Below, piece by piece: positions 26,150-35,782 of a stretch of DNA of 64,000 nucleotides. The notes beneath the pieces are model-generated. The model did not search any database and was not told the origin of the DNA. It saw nothing but the letters and a program-made list of their open reading frames with translations. Each line of letters opens with the position of its first letter. The first letter of the stretch is position 1. The DNA comes from Planctomycetota bacterium (GTDB lineage Bacteria; Planctomycetota; UBA1135). The stretch covers positions 86,929 to 150,928 of the forward strand of contig JABHIE010000029.1 of the NCBI GenBank assembly GCA_018671175.1, written 5' to 3'. The position numbers and the translations under genes are program-made.

Positions 26150-26173
26150 TTCCTAGAAAATCAGGACTAGGAA
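26150..26173. promoter_or_regulatory. 7-bp inverted repeat just upstream of the guaB ribosome-binding site
   Basis: TTCCTAG (26150-26156), N10, CTAGGAA (26167-26173), lying 10 nt before the guaB ATG region (GAGAGGG ATG) in the PFOR/guaB divergent intergenic. Confidence 0.3.
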
Positions 26174-26183
26174 GCTGAGAGGG

Positions 26184-27650
26184 ATGCCGCTAAAATCAGC
26201 CATGGAACTGCCACTCGCGCTTACCTTTGATGATGTCCTCTTGGCTCCCCAAGAGTCTGATGTCCTGCCCACCGAGGCCCGCACTCTCACGCGCTTTTCG
26301 CGGAATGTTTACTTGAGCATCCCTGTGGTCTCAGCTGCAATGGATACCGTGACCGAATCGGGTCTGGCCATTGCACTCGCACAGCAAGGGGGGCTCGGCG
26401 TTATCCATCGCAATCTCTCAATTGAGGCGCAGGTCGCCGAGGTCGATGTCGTGAAGCGTTCCGCTCATGGTGTGATTTCTGACCCACTCACTCTTGAGCC
26501 AACCGACACGATTGCCGATGCGCGCCGCTTGATGGCGGATCATGGCATTTCCGGCTTTCCGGTGCTCCAGGGTGATCGTCTCGTCGGTATTCTGACGCAA
26601 CGCGACCTTAAATTTCAGGGGCGAGATTCCCAACCAGTGAGCGAGGTGATGACCAAAGAGCATTTGGTTACGGCTCCCGCTGAGACATCCCTCGAAGACG
26701 CGAAAAAGATTTTGCACCAATCTAAGGTCGAAAAGTTACTTTTGGTCGATGCAAAAATGAATCTTGAGGGCTTGATCACGATGCGTGACATCCGTATGAA
26801 CTCTGAGTATCCGGGTGCCGCCAAAGATGGCGAAGGCCGTTTGCTGACGGGTGCTGCGGTTGGCGTCCATGATTATGATCGGGCCGAGGCGTTGGTCGAA
26901 GCGGGCGTTGATGTGTTGGTCGTCGACACGGCCCATGGGCATAGTTCAAATGTCATGGATACCGTCCGCGAGCTGAAGCGCCGCGATTTGGTCGATATTG
27001 TTGCGGGCAATATTGCGACGGGCGCTGCCGCCGAGGCTTTGGTCGATGCGGGCGCTGACGCTGTAAAGGTCGGTATTGGCCCAGGTTCGATTTGCACCAC
27101 GCGCGTGGTTGCAGGTGTGGGCGTGCCGCAATTCACAGCGGTTTACGATGTGGCCCAGATTTGCGCTTCTTTTGATGTTCCAGTTATTGCCGACGGCGGC
27201 ATTCGCCACTCAGGTGATGCGGTTAAAGCTCTTGGCGCAGGGGCTTCCTGTGTGATGCTCGGCAGTTTGCTAGCAGGCGTTGACGAAAGCCCTGGCGAGT
27301 CCTTCCTCTTTCAGGGGCGTTCTTTCAAATCCGTGCGCGGTATGGGTTCTCTTGCTGCAATGGTTGAGGGCGGCAAGGCTCGCTACGGTCAAGCTGGCGT
27401 TCATGAGTCAAACAAGCTCGTCCCTGAGGGCATCGAAGGCATGGTGCCGAGTCGTGGCGCACTGGGGCCATTCATTTACCAATTCGTCGGCGGCATTCGC
27501 GCGGGCATGGGTTATGTTGGCGCCGAAGACATGGATGTCTTCCGGGCAAAAGCACGCTTTGTGCGCATCTCGGGCGCGGGCATGAAAGAGAGTCACCCGC
27601 ACGATGTCCGTATTACAAAAGAGGCCCCCAATTACTGGGTTGGCGACTGA
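26184..27650 (+). CDS. guaB: IMP dehydrogenase
   Basis: [10 protein letters not shown]..., CBS pair, catalytic loop [11 protein letters not shown], ...[10 protein letters not shown]...GA. 488 aa. Confidence 0.97.
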   Translation: MPLKSAMELPLALTFDDVLLAPQESDVLPTEARTLTRFSRNVYLSIPVVSAAMDTVTESGLAIALAQQGGLGVIHRNLSIEAQVAEVDVVKRSAHGVISDPLTLEPTDTIADARRLMADHGISGFPVLQGDRLVGILTQRDLKFQGRDSQPVSEVMTKEHLVTAPAETSLEDAKKILHQSKVEKLLLVDAKMNLEGLITMRDIRMNSEYPGAAKDGEGRLLTGAAVGVHDYDRAEALVEAGVDVLVVDTAHGHSSNVMDTVRELKRRDLVDIVAGNIATGAAAEALVDAGADAVKVGIGPGSICTTRVVAGVGVPQFTAVYDVAQICASFDVPVIADGGIRHSGDAVKALGAGASCVMLGSLLAGVDESPGESFLFQGRSFKSVRGMGSLAAMVEGGKARYGQAGVHESNKLVPEGIEGMVPSRGALGPFIYQFVGGIRAGMGYVGAEDMDVFRAKARFVRISGAGMKESHPHDVRITKEAPNYWVGD

Positions 27651-27672
27651 TTCGCTTCATTGAGATTCTGAT

Positions 27673-29211
27673 ATGCACGAACGCATTTTGATTGTCGACT
27701 TTGGGTCGCAGTACACCCAGCTCATCGCGCGGCGCGTCCGCGAGCACGGGATTTTTTCGGAAGTCGTGCCGTCGCAGTTGGCGCATGAGCATCTTGGCGA
27801 GGGTTTGGCTGGCATCGTTTTGTCGGGCGGGCCTGCGAGTGCTTATGAGTCGGGCGCTCCGTTTTTAGACCCAGCACTTTTAAGCGCCGGTGTGCCTGTT
27901 TTGGGCATTTGCTATGGCATGCAATGGATGTGTGAGCAATTGGGCGGCAAGGTCGTCCCGGGCGAAACGCGTGAGTTTGGCTTTACTGAAATGACCGTGG
28001 CTGCGTCTAAAGGCCTGTTTCAAGGCGTTTCCGACGAGACCGTGGTCTGGATGAGCCATGGCGATCGTGTCGCTCAACTTCCTGATGGCTTTGAGCGACT
28101 CGCTCACACGGCGCATTGCCCCGAGGCTGCGATTGGCGATGATGCACGGCGTTTTTACGCATTGCAGTTTCACCCAGAGGTGGCCCATTCGCGCGAGGGC
28201 GCGACGATGTTGCGCAACTTCTTGCTGGGTGTCTGTCAGTGCGCGGGCGACTGGACTCCAGGCAATCTTGCCGAAGAAATGGTCGAGGCGGTTGCGGTTC
28301 AACTTGGCGATGACGGCGAGATGATTCTTGGTCTCTCGGGTGGGGTTGACTCGAGCGTTGTGGGTGCGATTTGCCAAAAGGCCATTGGCCGGCGTTGTCA
28401 TGCTATTTTTGTCGATAATGGTTTGCTCCGAGCCGGTGAGCGCGACCTCGTTGAAAACGAGTTTTGTAAGCACTTTGAGCTTGACCTTACTGTCGTTGAT
28501 GCCGCTGATCGCTTTTTGGGCAAACTGGCTGGTGTGATTGATCCCGAGCAAAAACGCAAAATCATTGGTCATGAGTTCATTGAAGTTTTCCGTGATGCGG
28601 TCAAGCAGCATCCCAGAGCCAAGTTCTTGGGGCAGGGCACGCTTTACCCAGATGTGATTGAATCTGTTGCTGCGCATGGTGGCGCGACTGAGGTGATTAA
28701 GTCTCATCACAATGTCGGTGGTCTCCCTGATGATCTTGAGCTTGAGTTGGTCGAGCCATTGCGCCTTTTCTTCAAAGACGAAGGCCGTGAAATCGGGCGC
28801 TGTTTGGGTTTGCCTGACATCCTTGTTGACCGGCAACCTTTTCCTGGGCCGGGTCTTGGGGTTCGGTGTGTGGGCGAGTGCACCCCTGAGCGCATTGCGC
28901 TTTTGAGGGCGGCCGACCATATCGTGACTTCTGAGCTTGAGGCACGAGGCGAAACTGATGGCGTTTGGCAATATTTTGCGGTGCTTACGGGCGCTCGATC
29001 GGTGGGTGTGATGGGTGATAAGCGCACATACGAAGAGGCCTGCGCGATCCGGATGGTCCAGTCTCTTGACGGCATGACGGCCGATTGGGTTTATCCTAGT
29101 CGCGAGGCTTTGGCCGCGATTTCAAGTCGCATCATCAACGAGGTGCGTGGCATTAATCGCGTGGTTTTAGATATTACTTCTAAGCCTCCTGGCACCATCG
29201 AGTGGGAGTAG
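27673..29211 (+). CDS. guaA: GMP synthase (glutamine-hydrolysing)
   Basis: GATase GICYGMQ...HPE; PP-loop LSGGVDSSV; C-terminal ...KPPGTIEWE. Confidence 0.97.
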   Translation: MHERILIVDFGSQYTQLIARRVREHGIFSEVVPSQLAHEHLGEGLAGIVLSGGPASAYESGAPFLDPALLSAGVPVLGICYGMQWMCEQLGGKVVPGETREFGFTEMTVAASKGLFQGVSDETVVWMSHGDRVAQLPDGFERLAHTAHCPEAAIGDDARRFYALQFHPEVAHSREGATMLRNFLLGVCQCAGDWTPGNLAEEMVEAVAVQLGDDGEMILGLSGGVDSSVVGAICQKAIGRRCHAIFVDNGLLRAGERDLVENEFCKHFELDLTVVDAADRFLGKLAGVIDPEQKRKIIGHEFIEVFRDAVKQHPRAKFLGQGTLYPDVIESVAAHGGATEVIKSHHNVGGLPDDLELELVEPLRLFFKDEGREIGRCLGLPDILVDRQPFPGPGLGVRCVGECTPERIALLRAADHIVTSELEARGETDGVWQYFAVLTGARSVGVMGDKRTYEEACAIRMVQSLDGMTADWVYPSREALAAISSRIINEVRGINRVVLDITSKPPGTIEWE

Positions 29212-29795
29212 CCGTTACCATGCTTTCCATGTTGCCCCTGCAAATTGCCGATTCTACCGTTTTAAAGGTTGACCTTGATTGGGTCGTTTTGGGCTTTGTT
29301 TGCCAGTTTTTGGCGGGTGCCTTTCTGCTGTCTTCGATGGGCCGTGGTCGCCCACGCATGCGCTTAGCCAGCATTTTAGGTGGTGCTGGTCTGACTCTTG
29401 AGACTCTCCGAAATGCCTTACATGCAAAAGCGCGGGGCCAGGCTGCTGCACTTTTCTTTTTGCTTGGCAATGGCTTGGTCTTAATCGGGCTTTTAATGCC
29501 TGGGCCTCGCAATATGCGTATCGAAATGATTGGTGTTGGGGCCTTGTTGTTTTTGGCCTTACTCTTTTTGCTCTTGCTGGGTCGTTATGTCGACAACGCA
29601 ATGCGACGCTATATCAAGGTGCATTTGAGCCTTTACCCGTTTTCATTCGAAGACAACATTCAAATGACTCGCGAGATTGGTGCCTTGTTTGGGGTTGAGT
29701 CTTCTGGCCAAGACACCCTAGAAAGCTTTGTCTCTAAGGTGCGAGATGCGACGGGTTTGCCGTCGACTTCGCGTTTTGGCGGCGGCCTGAAATAA
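29202..29795 (+). CDS. hypothetical membrane protein
   Basis: 197-aa ORF with four hydrophobic segments. Overlaps the guaA stop; ATG 29220 is an alternative start. Confidence 0.5.
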   Translation: MGVAVTMLSMLPLQIADSTVLKVDLDWVVLGFVCQFLAGAFLLSSMGRGRPRMRLASILGGAGLTLETLRNALHAKARGQAAALFFLLGNGLVLIGLLMPGPRNMRIEMIGVGALLFLALLFLLLLGRYVDNAMRRYIKVHLSLYPFSFEDNIQMTREIGALFGVESSGQDTLESFVSKVRDATGLPSTSRFGGGLK

Positions 29796-29843
29796 GTCAA
29801 GCTTCGACAGTCACCTTTAGGCGAGGAAACCGTCTACAAGGGT

Positions 29844-30530
29844 ATGCATGACTTGATTGAGTTGTTGCAGGCCTCGTCTACCCGAGCCTGCAAGCGAGCG
29901 GCCCCTTGGGTTGAGGCCTTTTTAGCCCCGAGCTGTGCGGCCTGCCACACTTCGCTCATCGATGGGCCGCCGTTTTGCCGGGCCTGTCATTGCGAGTTAT
30001 CTGATGCACTCGATTCCAGCGGCTTCCATTCCCGAGACCAGCCTCCTTGGCGATCCATCTGGCGTTATGAGTCGGCTCTGCGCAAGACCATTTTGCTTGC
30101 AAAAGACAATGCAAGTTGCGCAGCGGCCTATTGGTTGGTGCATCAATTCGCCGAGCGAGTGGGGGCGCCCAAGTTCGGGCGAGTCTGGGCGATGGTGCCG
30201 CCGTCTCGCAAGCGTCGATTGCAAGGCTGGTATTTGCCCGAGGCGATGTTGGCTGAGTTGCAATCCCGTGGGCATCAAACACGCCCGCGGTTGCTGCATC
30301 GCCTTCGTCAGCGACCCACGCAGGCGGGCTTAGATCAAGAACATCGGCATCAAAATCTTTACGGTAGTTTTGCCTGCAAGGGGGCGGCGCCTTTGCAGGT
30401 GGTTCTGGTCGATGATGTCCGCACGACGGGTTCGAGTTTGCAAGAGTCATCGCGAGCCTTGCGGGCGATGGGTGCTCGTGATGTCCGGGCATTGGTCTTG
30501 GCCTCACCCCCTTTGCGCCGATTAGAATGA
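29844..30530 (+). CDS. ComF family protein (amidophosphoribosyltransferase-like)
   Basis: N-terminal Cys pairs (CAACH...CRACH) and the C-terminal PRTase motif VVLVDDVRTTGSSL. Confidence 0.75.
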   Translation: MHDLIELLQASSTRACKRAAPWVEAFLAPSCAACHTSLIDGPPFCRACHCELSDALDSSGFHSRDQPPWRSIWRYESALRKTILLAKDNASCAAAYWLVHQFAERVGAPKFGRVWAMVPPSRKRRLQGWYLPEAMLAELQSRGHQTRPRLLHRLRQRPTQAGLDQEHRHQNLYGSFACKGAAPLQVVLVDDVRTTGSSLQESSRALRAMGARDVRALVLASPPLRRLE

Positions 30531-30534
30531 AGTC

Positions 30535-31485
30535 ATGGTTTCCATTCGAGGGCGGCTTGCTCCGAGCCCAACCGGCGTTTTGCATCTCGGTAATGCACGC
30601 AGCTTTTTGCTGGCGTGGCTTGATGTTCGTGCGCGTGGTGGCCAATTACTTTTGCGCATCGAAGACCTTGATGGCCCGCGCATTCAAACAGGCGCTGCTG
30701 ACGCGGCGATGGCCGATTTGAGCTGGCTTGGGCTTGATTACGACGATGGCCCGTTTTTCCAACGCTCGCGCCTTAGTGTTTATCGAGATGCGCTTACGAC
30801 TCTGGCCGACGCTGGCTTGGTCTACCCCTGCGTCTGCACTCGAAAAGATGTCGAGTCTGCGGCAAGCGCCCCACATGCGGGTGATGAGGGCTTGGTTTAC
30901 CCAGGCACTTGTCGTGGGCGGTGGGCCACAGCAACAGAGGCGCTACAGCAGACTGGTCGCGAGGCTTGCTGGCGTTTTGATACACAAGCAGCGCAGCACG
31001 CTGAGATTACGATTCACGATCGCTTTCTTGCTGATCGCGTTTGGCGGGTCAGGCAAGAGTTGGGCGATTTTGTTGTCTGGAAAAAAGACGATGAGCCCGC
31101 CTATCAATTGGCTGTGGTCGTTGATGACGCTGAGCAGCAAGTGACTGATGTCATGCGGGCTGATGATTTGTTTTCGAGTGCGGCTCGCCAAGAGTTGCTG
31201 TACTTAGCCCTAGGCAAGCCATCCCCAAAATGGGCGCACATCCCGCTTGTCGTGGGTGCCGATGGCCGGCGGCTGGCTAAGCGACACGGCGACACTACGA
31301 TCCGTTCGTTTCGCGAGGCGGGGCGTTCGGCCGATGAGGTCGTTGGCCTACTTGCCTTTTGGTCAGGTTTGCGTAGCCAGCCTTTGCCATGTCGTGCTAC
31401 TGACTTGCTGCCAGATTGGGCTCTCGAAAAGGTGCCTTCTGAGCCGGTCGTTTGGTCGGGCGCTTGGCCTGACTTGTCTAGCTAA
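30535..31485 (+). CDS. gluQ: tRNA glutamyl-Q(34) synthetase (GluQRS)
   Basis: RGRLAPSPTGVLHLGNARSFLLAWL (HIGH-like), ...YPGTCR..., LAKRHGD (KMSKS-like). Truncated GluRS size, ~316 aa. Confidence 0.85.
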   Translation: MVSIRGRLAPSPTGVLHLGNARSFLLAWLDVRARGGQLLLRIEDLDGPRIQTGAADAAMADLSWLGLDYDDGPFFQRSRLSVYRDALTTLADAGLVYPCVCTRKDVESAASAPHAGDEGLVYPGTCRGRWATATEALQQTGREACWRFDTQAAQHAEITIHDRFLADRVWRVRQELGDFVVWKKDDEPAYQLAVVVDDAEQQVTDVMRADDLFSSAARQELLYLALGKPSPKWAHIPLVVGADGRRLAKRHGDTTIRSFREAGRSADEVVGLLAFWSGLRSQPLPCRATDLLPDWALEKVPSEPVVWSGAWPDLSS

Positions 31486-31488
31486 GCG

Positions 31489-32667
31489 TTACTTGGCGAG
31501 GCTCCAAACTAGGGCCGTCGTGGCATAGGCCACCGCATATGGTTTGGCGAAAGAATGCATGGGGTAATCCCAGCATGAGCCATCTTTTTCTTGAGTCTTC
31601 AAGATATGGTGTTGCAACTTTTGAAAGTGCGGCGCGCGTTCCGCCAACGGTAAAAGAGAGATGACTTCCGCGGCGTAATAGTGCCCGAAGAAGTAAAAAT
31701 AGCCCGAGTTGTAATGGTAAGCCTCATGCGGCACGGGCTTGCGTCGAGAGAGATCTAAGAAGCGATGCTCTCCCCAGAATTGTTGCAACCCTTTGCGCAG
31801 TTCTTTTTGACCGATGCCCGTTTCGTAGCCACGCCCAGCGGCAATAAAAAGAGCAGCATTGCAGACTTGAATGCGCGAAAGCGAACCTTTGGTTTGGTCA
31901 ATGCCTGTAAGCCCGCCCGGAGTCGGGAAGAGCTCCATGGAATAAGAATAGGCACCGTTTTTGAGTCGGCATCGTTTGAGCCCCTCGATGGCTTTGTTGA
32001 GCCGCTCGGTGTCGACTTCCCAGCCCAAATCTTGCGCGCGAAAGATGGCCATCACGGCAACGGCTGTTTGGAAGGATGTTGCCCACCAGGGGCGCACCGC
32101 CTTAGTCTCGTCTGCGTAGTAGGCCCAACCACCTTGCGGAGACTGATAGGCCCACAGCTTGCGCATCAAAGACTCACCCGTTTTGCGGAAGCCCAGCACC
32201 TTGCTCGCATCATCACGGAACTCAGAATGTGAAGCCGCGCGAGTTAAGGCCTCAAGGCCGTAAACAAAGGCCCATGTGTTGTCGGTGTCCCAGTCGTTAG
32301 GTCGTTTGACGACAGCAGAGGCCGCCAAATAATCCATCGCTGCATGAAGAGCGGCTCTTTCTTTTTTTGAGCCACCATATTCCATGAGGCTGATTGCGCT
32401 CAAGCCAGTCGTTGCGACTTGCCACGCGAGGTGAGTCGAAGGTGTGCTCCAGAAAGCATGCTCAGGGTTGCGCCAATGTCCGAATGCGCCGTTTGGCTCT
32501 TGAGCCTCGAGAAGCCATTGAATGCCGGATTCAAGCCCTTTTTGAGCTGCCGCTGCTGACGCCTCTTGAGGAGTCGATGCAGCCTGTGCAGCCAAAGTGG
32601 GGAGCAAGCAACTACTCCAAATCAGCAAACATGCAAAACCACGCGTAAGCATGCCTTTATTCTTCAT
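31489..32667 (-). CDS. secreted prenyltransferase/squalene-oxidase-repeat (alpha/alpha-toroid) protein
   Basis: Signal peptide (LLIWSSCLLPTLAAQAAS). Repeated Q/G-W motifs (EPNGAFGHW, SPQGGWAYY, KNGAYSY, EKDGSCWDY) typical of this repeat family. Confidence 0.65.
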   Translation of the reverse strand: MKNKGMLTRGFACLLIWSSCLLPTLAAQAASTPQEASAAAAQKGLESGIQWLLEAQEPNGAFGHWRNPEHAFWSTPSTHLAWQVATTGLSAISLMEYGGSKKERAALHAAMDYLAASAVVKRPNDWDTDNTWAFVYGLEALTRAASHSEFRDDASKVLGFRKTGESLMRKLWAYQSPQGGWAYYADETKAVRPWWATSFQTAVAVMAIFRAQDLGWEVDTERLNKAIEGLKRCRLKNGAYSYSMELFPTPGGLTGIDQTKGSLSRIQVCNAALFIAAGRGYETGIGQKELRKGLQQFWGEHRFLDLSRRKPVPHEAYHYNSGYFYFFGHYYAAEVISLLPLAERAPHFQKLQHHILKTQEKDGSCWDYPMHSFAKPYAVAYATTALVWSLAK

Positions 32668-33346
32668 CCAACTCAGCCTTAAGCTCGGCTAACTCTCGCG
32701 CCTGAATTTCGAGTGCGCGATTGGTGCGCAACATCTCAATCTCGGCGCGCGCCTTTGCAGCCCCGTATTCGTGCTTGGCCATTTCAAGGGTGCGTTCATA
32801 AACACGCCGCTCGGCGGGAAGCAAAACCTGAATTAACTGTGCATGTGTGTGCTCTTCCAGCTCAAGATAGGTGAGTGTCCAGCTGAGTTGCCGCCTCGCG
32901 CGCTGCAAGACGATCTCTGCCGTTTTGTCATCAAGCTCATCTGCGCCATAGAGCATTTCGAGTTGGGCAAGCTCTTCTTTGCTTTCCAGTAAGTTGTTGC
33001 GGAGAGAGAGCAGGTCGTGCTCACTATTGGCGATTTGGAAGGGCTTGTCAGCCGAAGTGAAAACGAGCAGCTCGTGCTCGGCTTCCTGAACATCTTGACC
33101 CGCATCTTGAAGGTAAAAGTCTGTATCGGCTTTTTCGATGCGCGCCTCGCGCTTGGCCATGTCAAACTCAAACTGTGCTTCGGCCACATCGTCTTCGGTG
33201 AAATAACTCGCCTCGTCATCAAGGAATGGCTTGCAATAGTCATCATCAAGAGCCACTGGATCAGCAGTCAGTTGAATGTCCGGAGGTGTCGCGCAAGAAA
33301 CGGCAAACAAAAAGAGAATAAGTGAGCTGAGGAGTCGAGTGAACAT
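32657..33346 (-). CDS. coiled-coil lipoprotein, unknown function
   Basis: ORF 32657-33403. From the ATG at 33346: MFTRLLSSLILFLFAVSC (lipobox), then an acidic, heptad-rich sequence. 11-nt overlap with the downstream gene. Confidence 0.6.
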   Translation of the reverse strand: MFTRLLSSLILFLFAVSCATPPDIQLTADPVALDDDYCKPFLDDEASYFTEDDVAEAQFEFDMAKREARIEKADTDFYLQDAGQDVQEAEHELLVFTSADKPFQIANSEHDLLSLRNNLLESKEELAQLEMLYGADELDDKTAEIVLQRARRQLSWTLTYLELEEHTHAQLIQVLLPAERRVYERTLEMAKHEYGAAKARAEIEMLRTNRALEIQARELAELKAELDEE

Positions 33347-33375
33347 GAGCGGTCGGGCGAGTGGTCGATGGATGT

Positions 33376-33415
33376 GGAAAAAGAAAACACCCCGCGAAAT
33401 CAAACGCAGGGTGTT
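33376..33415 (-). terminator. rho-independent terminator after the small lipoprotein gene
   Basis: Minus strand: AACACCCTGCG, 8-nt loop, CGCGGGGTGTT (33386-33415, one G-U pair), followed by TTTTCTTTTTCC. Confidence 0.7.
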
Positions 33416-33432
33416 TTAAGTGCCGAGCTAAT

Positions 33433-33720
33433 TTAGCGAAGCGTTGGGTCGTTGGTCTTGTGGTTGAAAAACAACTGTGCGGCCATGCTCGAAACATGGC
33501 TGGCGTCTTCGAAGTCTGACCAGTCGGCGCTGCGGTAAGGGTCGCTGATGTCGTCGTTGAGGAAATGCTTGCGGAAATCTTCAACGGCAGAATTGGCGTC
33601 ACGGCTGATAATCTGACCTTTTTGGTCAAGGTCGGTCATGATGTCAGGGTTTGCGCAAGAACCGAGGCTCAAGAAAAGAGAGGCAACAGTCAGAAGGGCG
33701 AGGACGCGGAGAGATTTCAT
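33433..33720 (-). CDS. small lipoprotein, unknown function
   Basis: ORF 33433-33762. From the ATG at 33720: MKSLRVLALLTVASLFLSLGSC (lipobox LGSC). ~95 aa. Confidence 0.6.
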   Translation of the reverse strand: MKSLRVLALLTVASLFLSLGSCANPDIMTDLDQKGQIISRDANSAVEDFRKHFLNDDISDPYRSADWSDFEDASHVSSMAAQLFFNHKTNDPTLR

Positions 33721-33822
33721 CTGTGTATCGGATGGGGGCGTAAGAGAAACGCCGGGTTGCAAAGGTTAATGCCCCCGAGGAAGCGCGTCAACGCTTGAGC
33801 GAGGCTATCATTTGCCTTTGTC

Positions 33823-35148
33823 ATGGCTTCTAGCTCCTACCAAGCCCCACGCGGCACTCGCGACTTATACCCCGAGAACTTAGCGGTTATCCGCCATCTT
33901 GAGCGTACAGCTTCGCGCTTGTCCCGCGCTTTCGGCTATTCCGAGATTCGGCCGCCACTTTTCGAAGAGACAGGCCTATTCCTACGCTCTCTCGGCGAAA
34001 CATCTGATGTCGTCTCGAAAGAAATGTTCACGGTGCCCCGTCGCGGGAAGGCAAACGACGCCAGCTCATCGGTCACGGGCTACACTTTTCGTCCAGAAGG
34101 CACTGCCGGTGTAGCACGCGCCTATGTCAATGGTGGCTTTGCCCAGCGCGCTCCCTTGCAAAAGTGGTTTTATGTGGGGCCTATGTTTCGCTATGAGCGT
34201 CCTCAAAAAGGCCGTGAGCGTCAATTTACCCAGTTCGGTATCGAAGCCTTTGGCGCCGCCAGCCCGACGCTTGACGCCGAAGTCGTTGACCTCTGTATGC
34301 GTTTTTTCGAAGAAATCGGCTTTGGCGATGAGCTAGAGGTGCGCGTCAACACGATGGGCGACCCTTCAGACCGAGACCGATGGTGCGAGGCGTTGCGGCA
34401 GTTTTTTGCTCCTCGCGTTGCAGCGCGTTGCAGCGATTGCCAAGAGCGATTTGAGCGCAATGTCTTCCGCCTTCTTGATTGCAAAAACAAAGCCTGCCAA
34501 GACGACAATGAGGGTTCACCCGCTTTATCGGAAGTCCTCGGAGTTGACGCTCAAACCCACCAAACCGATTTTCTCAAGGCTCTGCAAGCCCTTGGTCGCA
34601 AGCCCGTCGTCGACCCCACAATCGTGAGGGGCCTCGATTACTACACGCGCACAGTTTTCGAAGTTCACTATCCGCAGCTTGGTGCTCGTTCTGCCCTTTG
34701 CGGAGGCGGCAGATATGACGGCCTAGTCGAAGAGTTCGGCGGGCCGCACACGCCAGCGGTGGGGTTTGCCATTGGCTTTACCGCGACCGAATTGGCGATG
34801 GCTGAGTTGGGGCTTGACGAGTCAGCAGCGGTTCAGAGCATCGCGGCGGAAAGCATTCCTGTGGCTTATTGTGTGTCCATCACGCCTGATGACCGCCCTC
34901 ACGCATTGGCTCTGGCGGGTCGTTTGCGTACCCATCTCGCGGCCGCTGTCGTTTGCGACCATCGCGAAAAGTCACCTAAAGCACAATTCAAAGAGGCCAA
35001 TAAGTTGGGCGTACGCTTTGTTTTAGTTGTTGGCCCCGATGAGCGTGCTGCTGGCCAGGTCGTGGTCAGAGACATGCAAACGCGCGATGAAACCCGCGTA
35101 GAGCTTTTGCAAATAGCCGCACATTTGGCCGCAGCCACCGAGGCATAG
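33823..35148 (+). CDS. hisS: histidine--tRNA ligase
   Basis: RGTRDLYPE..., class II motif 2 FRYERPQKGRERQFTQFGIE, ...GGGRYDGL..., C-terminal anticodon-binding domain. Confidence 0.95.
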   Translation: MASSSYQAPRGTRDLYPENLAVIRHLERTASRLSRAFGYSEIRPPLFEETGLFLRSLGETSDVVSKEMFTVPRRGKANDASSSVTGYTFRPEGTAGVARAYVNGGFAQRAPLQKWFYVGPMFRYERPQKGRERQFTQFGIEAFGAASPTLDAEVVDLCMRFFEEIGFGDELEVRVNTMGDPSDRDRWCEALRQFFAPRVAARCSDCQERFERNVFRLLDCKNKACQDDNEGSPALSEVLGVDAQTHQTDFLKALQALGRKPVVDPTIVRGLDYYTRTVFEVHYPQLGARSALCGGGRYDGLVEEFGGPHTPAVGFAIGFTATELAMAELGLDESAAVQSIAAESIPVAYCVSITPDDRPHALALAGRLRTHLAAAVVCDHREKSPKAQFKEANKLGVRFVLVVGPDERAAGQVVVRDMQTRDETRVELLQIAAHLAAATEA

Positions 35149-35154
35149 TCTGGC

Positions 35155-35769
35155 ATGAATCACATTGTGGTCTTGGGCGGGTCTTTTGACCCCGTGCATT
35201 CTGGCCACATCGCCATGGCGGATGCCGCTCGATTGGCTTTTCCAGACGGGGTGATTTATTGGGTGCCCGCTGGCCATGCTCCGCATAAATTAGATCAAAC
35301 GCCAGCCAGCGCAAGTGACCGCGTCTGTTGGTTGCAGTTGGTGTTGCATAACCGAGATCATGAGCAGCTCTGCCAACTCGAAGTCAATCGCCCCGGGCCA
35401 TCCTTTATGGTTGATACGCTTCTTGCTCTAAAAAAAGACCACCCTGCAGCTCGGCTTACTTTGCTTCTTGGTGCAGATTCCCTTGAGCATTTGCTTTCAT
35501 GGAGTCGCCTCGACCAACTTTTTTCTCTTGCCGATTTTCTCTTTGTCCCTCGACCTGGCTTTGGGGCAACGACCTTGAGCCGTTTCCGTAAAGGGCTCGA
35601 TTCAGCCACCAAACACAGCTTTCAAGCCAATATGCTCGATATGCCAGAGGTCGATGTATCTTCCACACTCATCCGTGAGCGACTTGCGAATGGGCAATCG
35701 ATTGATGGTTATTTGCCCGTCACGGTAGCTAAGGCAATTAAGTCGGCCCGCGCTTACACCAAGCCCTAG
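35155..35769 (+). CDS. nadD: nicotinate-nucleotide adenylyltransferase
   Basis: VLGGSFDPVHSGHIAMA (GxFxPxHxGH) and ...VSSTLIRERL. Confidence 0.9.
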   Translation: MNHIVVLGGSFDPVHSGHIAMADAARLAFPDGVIYWVPAGHAPHKLDQTPASASDRVCWLQLVLHNRDHEQLCQLEVNRPGPSFMVDTLLALKKDHPAARLTLLLGADSLEHLLSWSRLDQLFSLADFLFVPRPGFGATTLSRFRKGLDSATKHSFQANMLDMPEVDVSSTLIRERLANGQSIDGYLPVTVAKAIKSARAYTKP

Positions 35770-35782
35770 GCCTAAGTCAAAA

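Noticed and set aside
27880-28971. 363-aa stop-free ORF antisense to guaA
   Set aside because: It lies entirely inside a highly conserved, confidently identified gene on the other strand. The translation is low-complexity (R/A/L-rich) with no recognisable motif. Long antisense ORFs are expected in GC-rich coding DNA.
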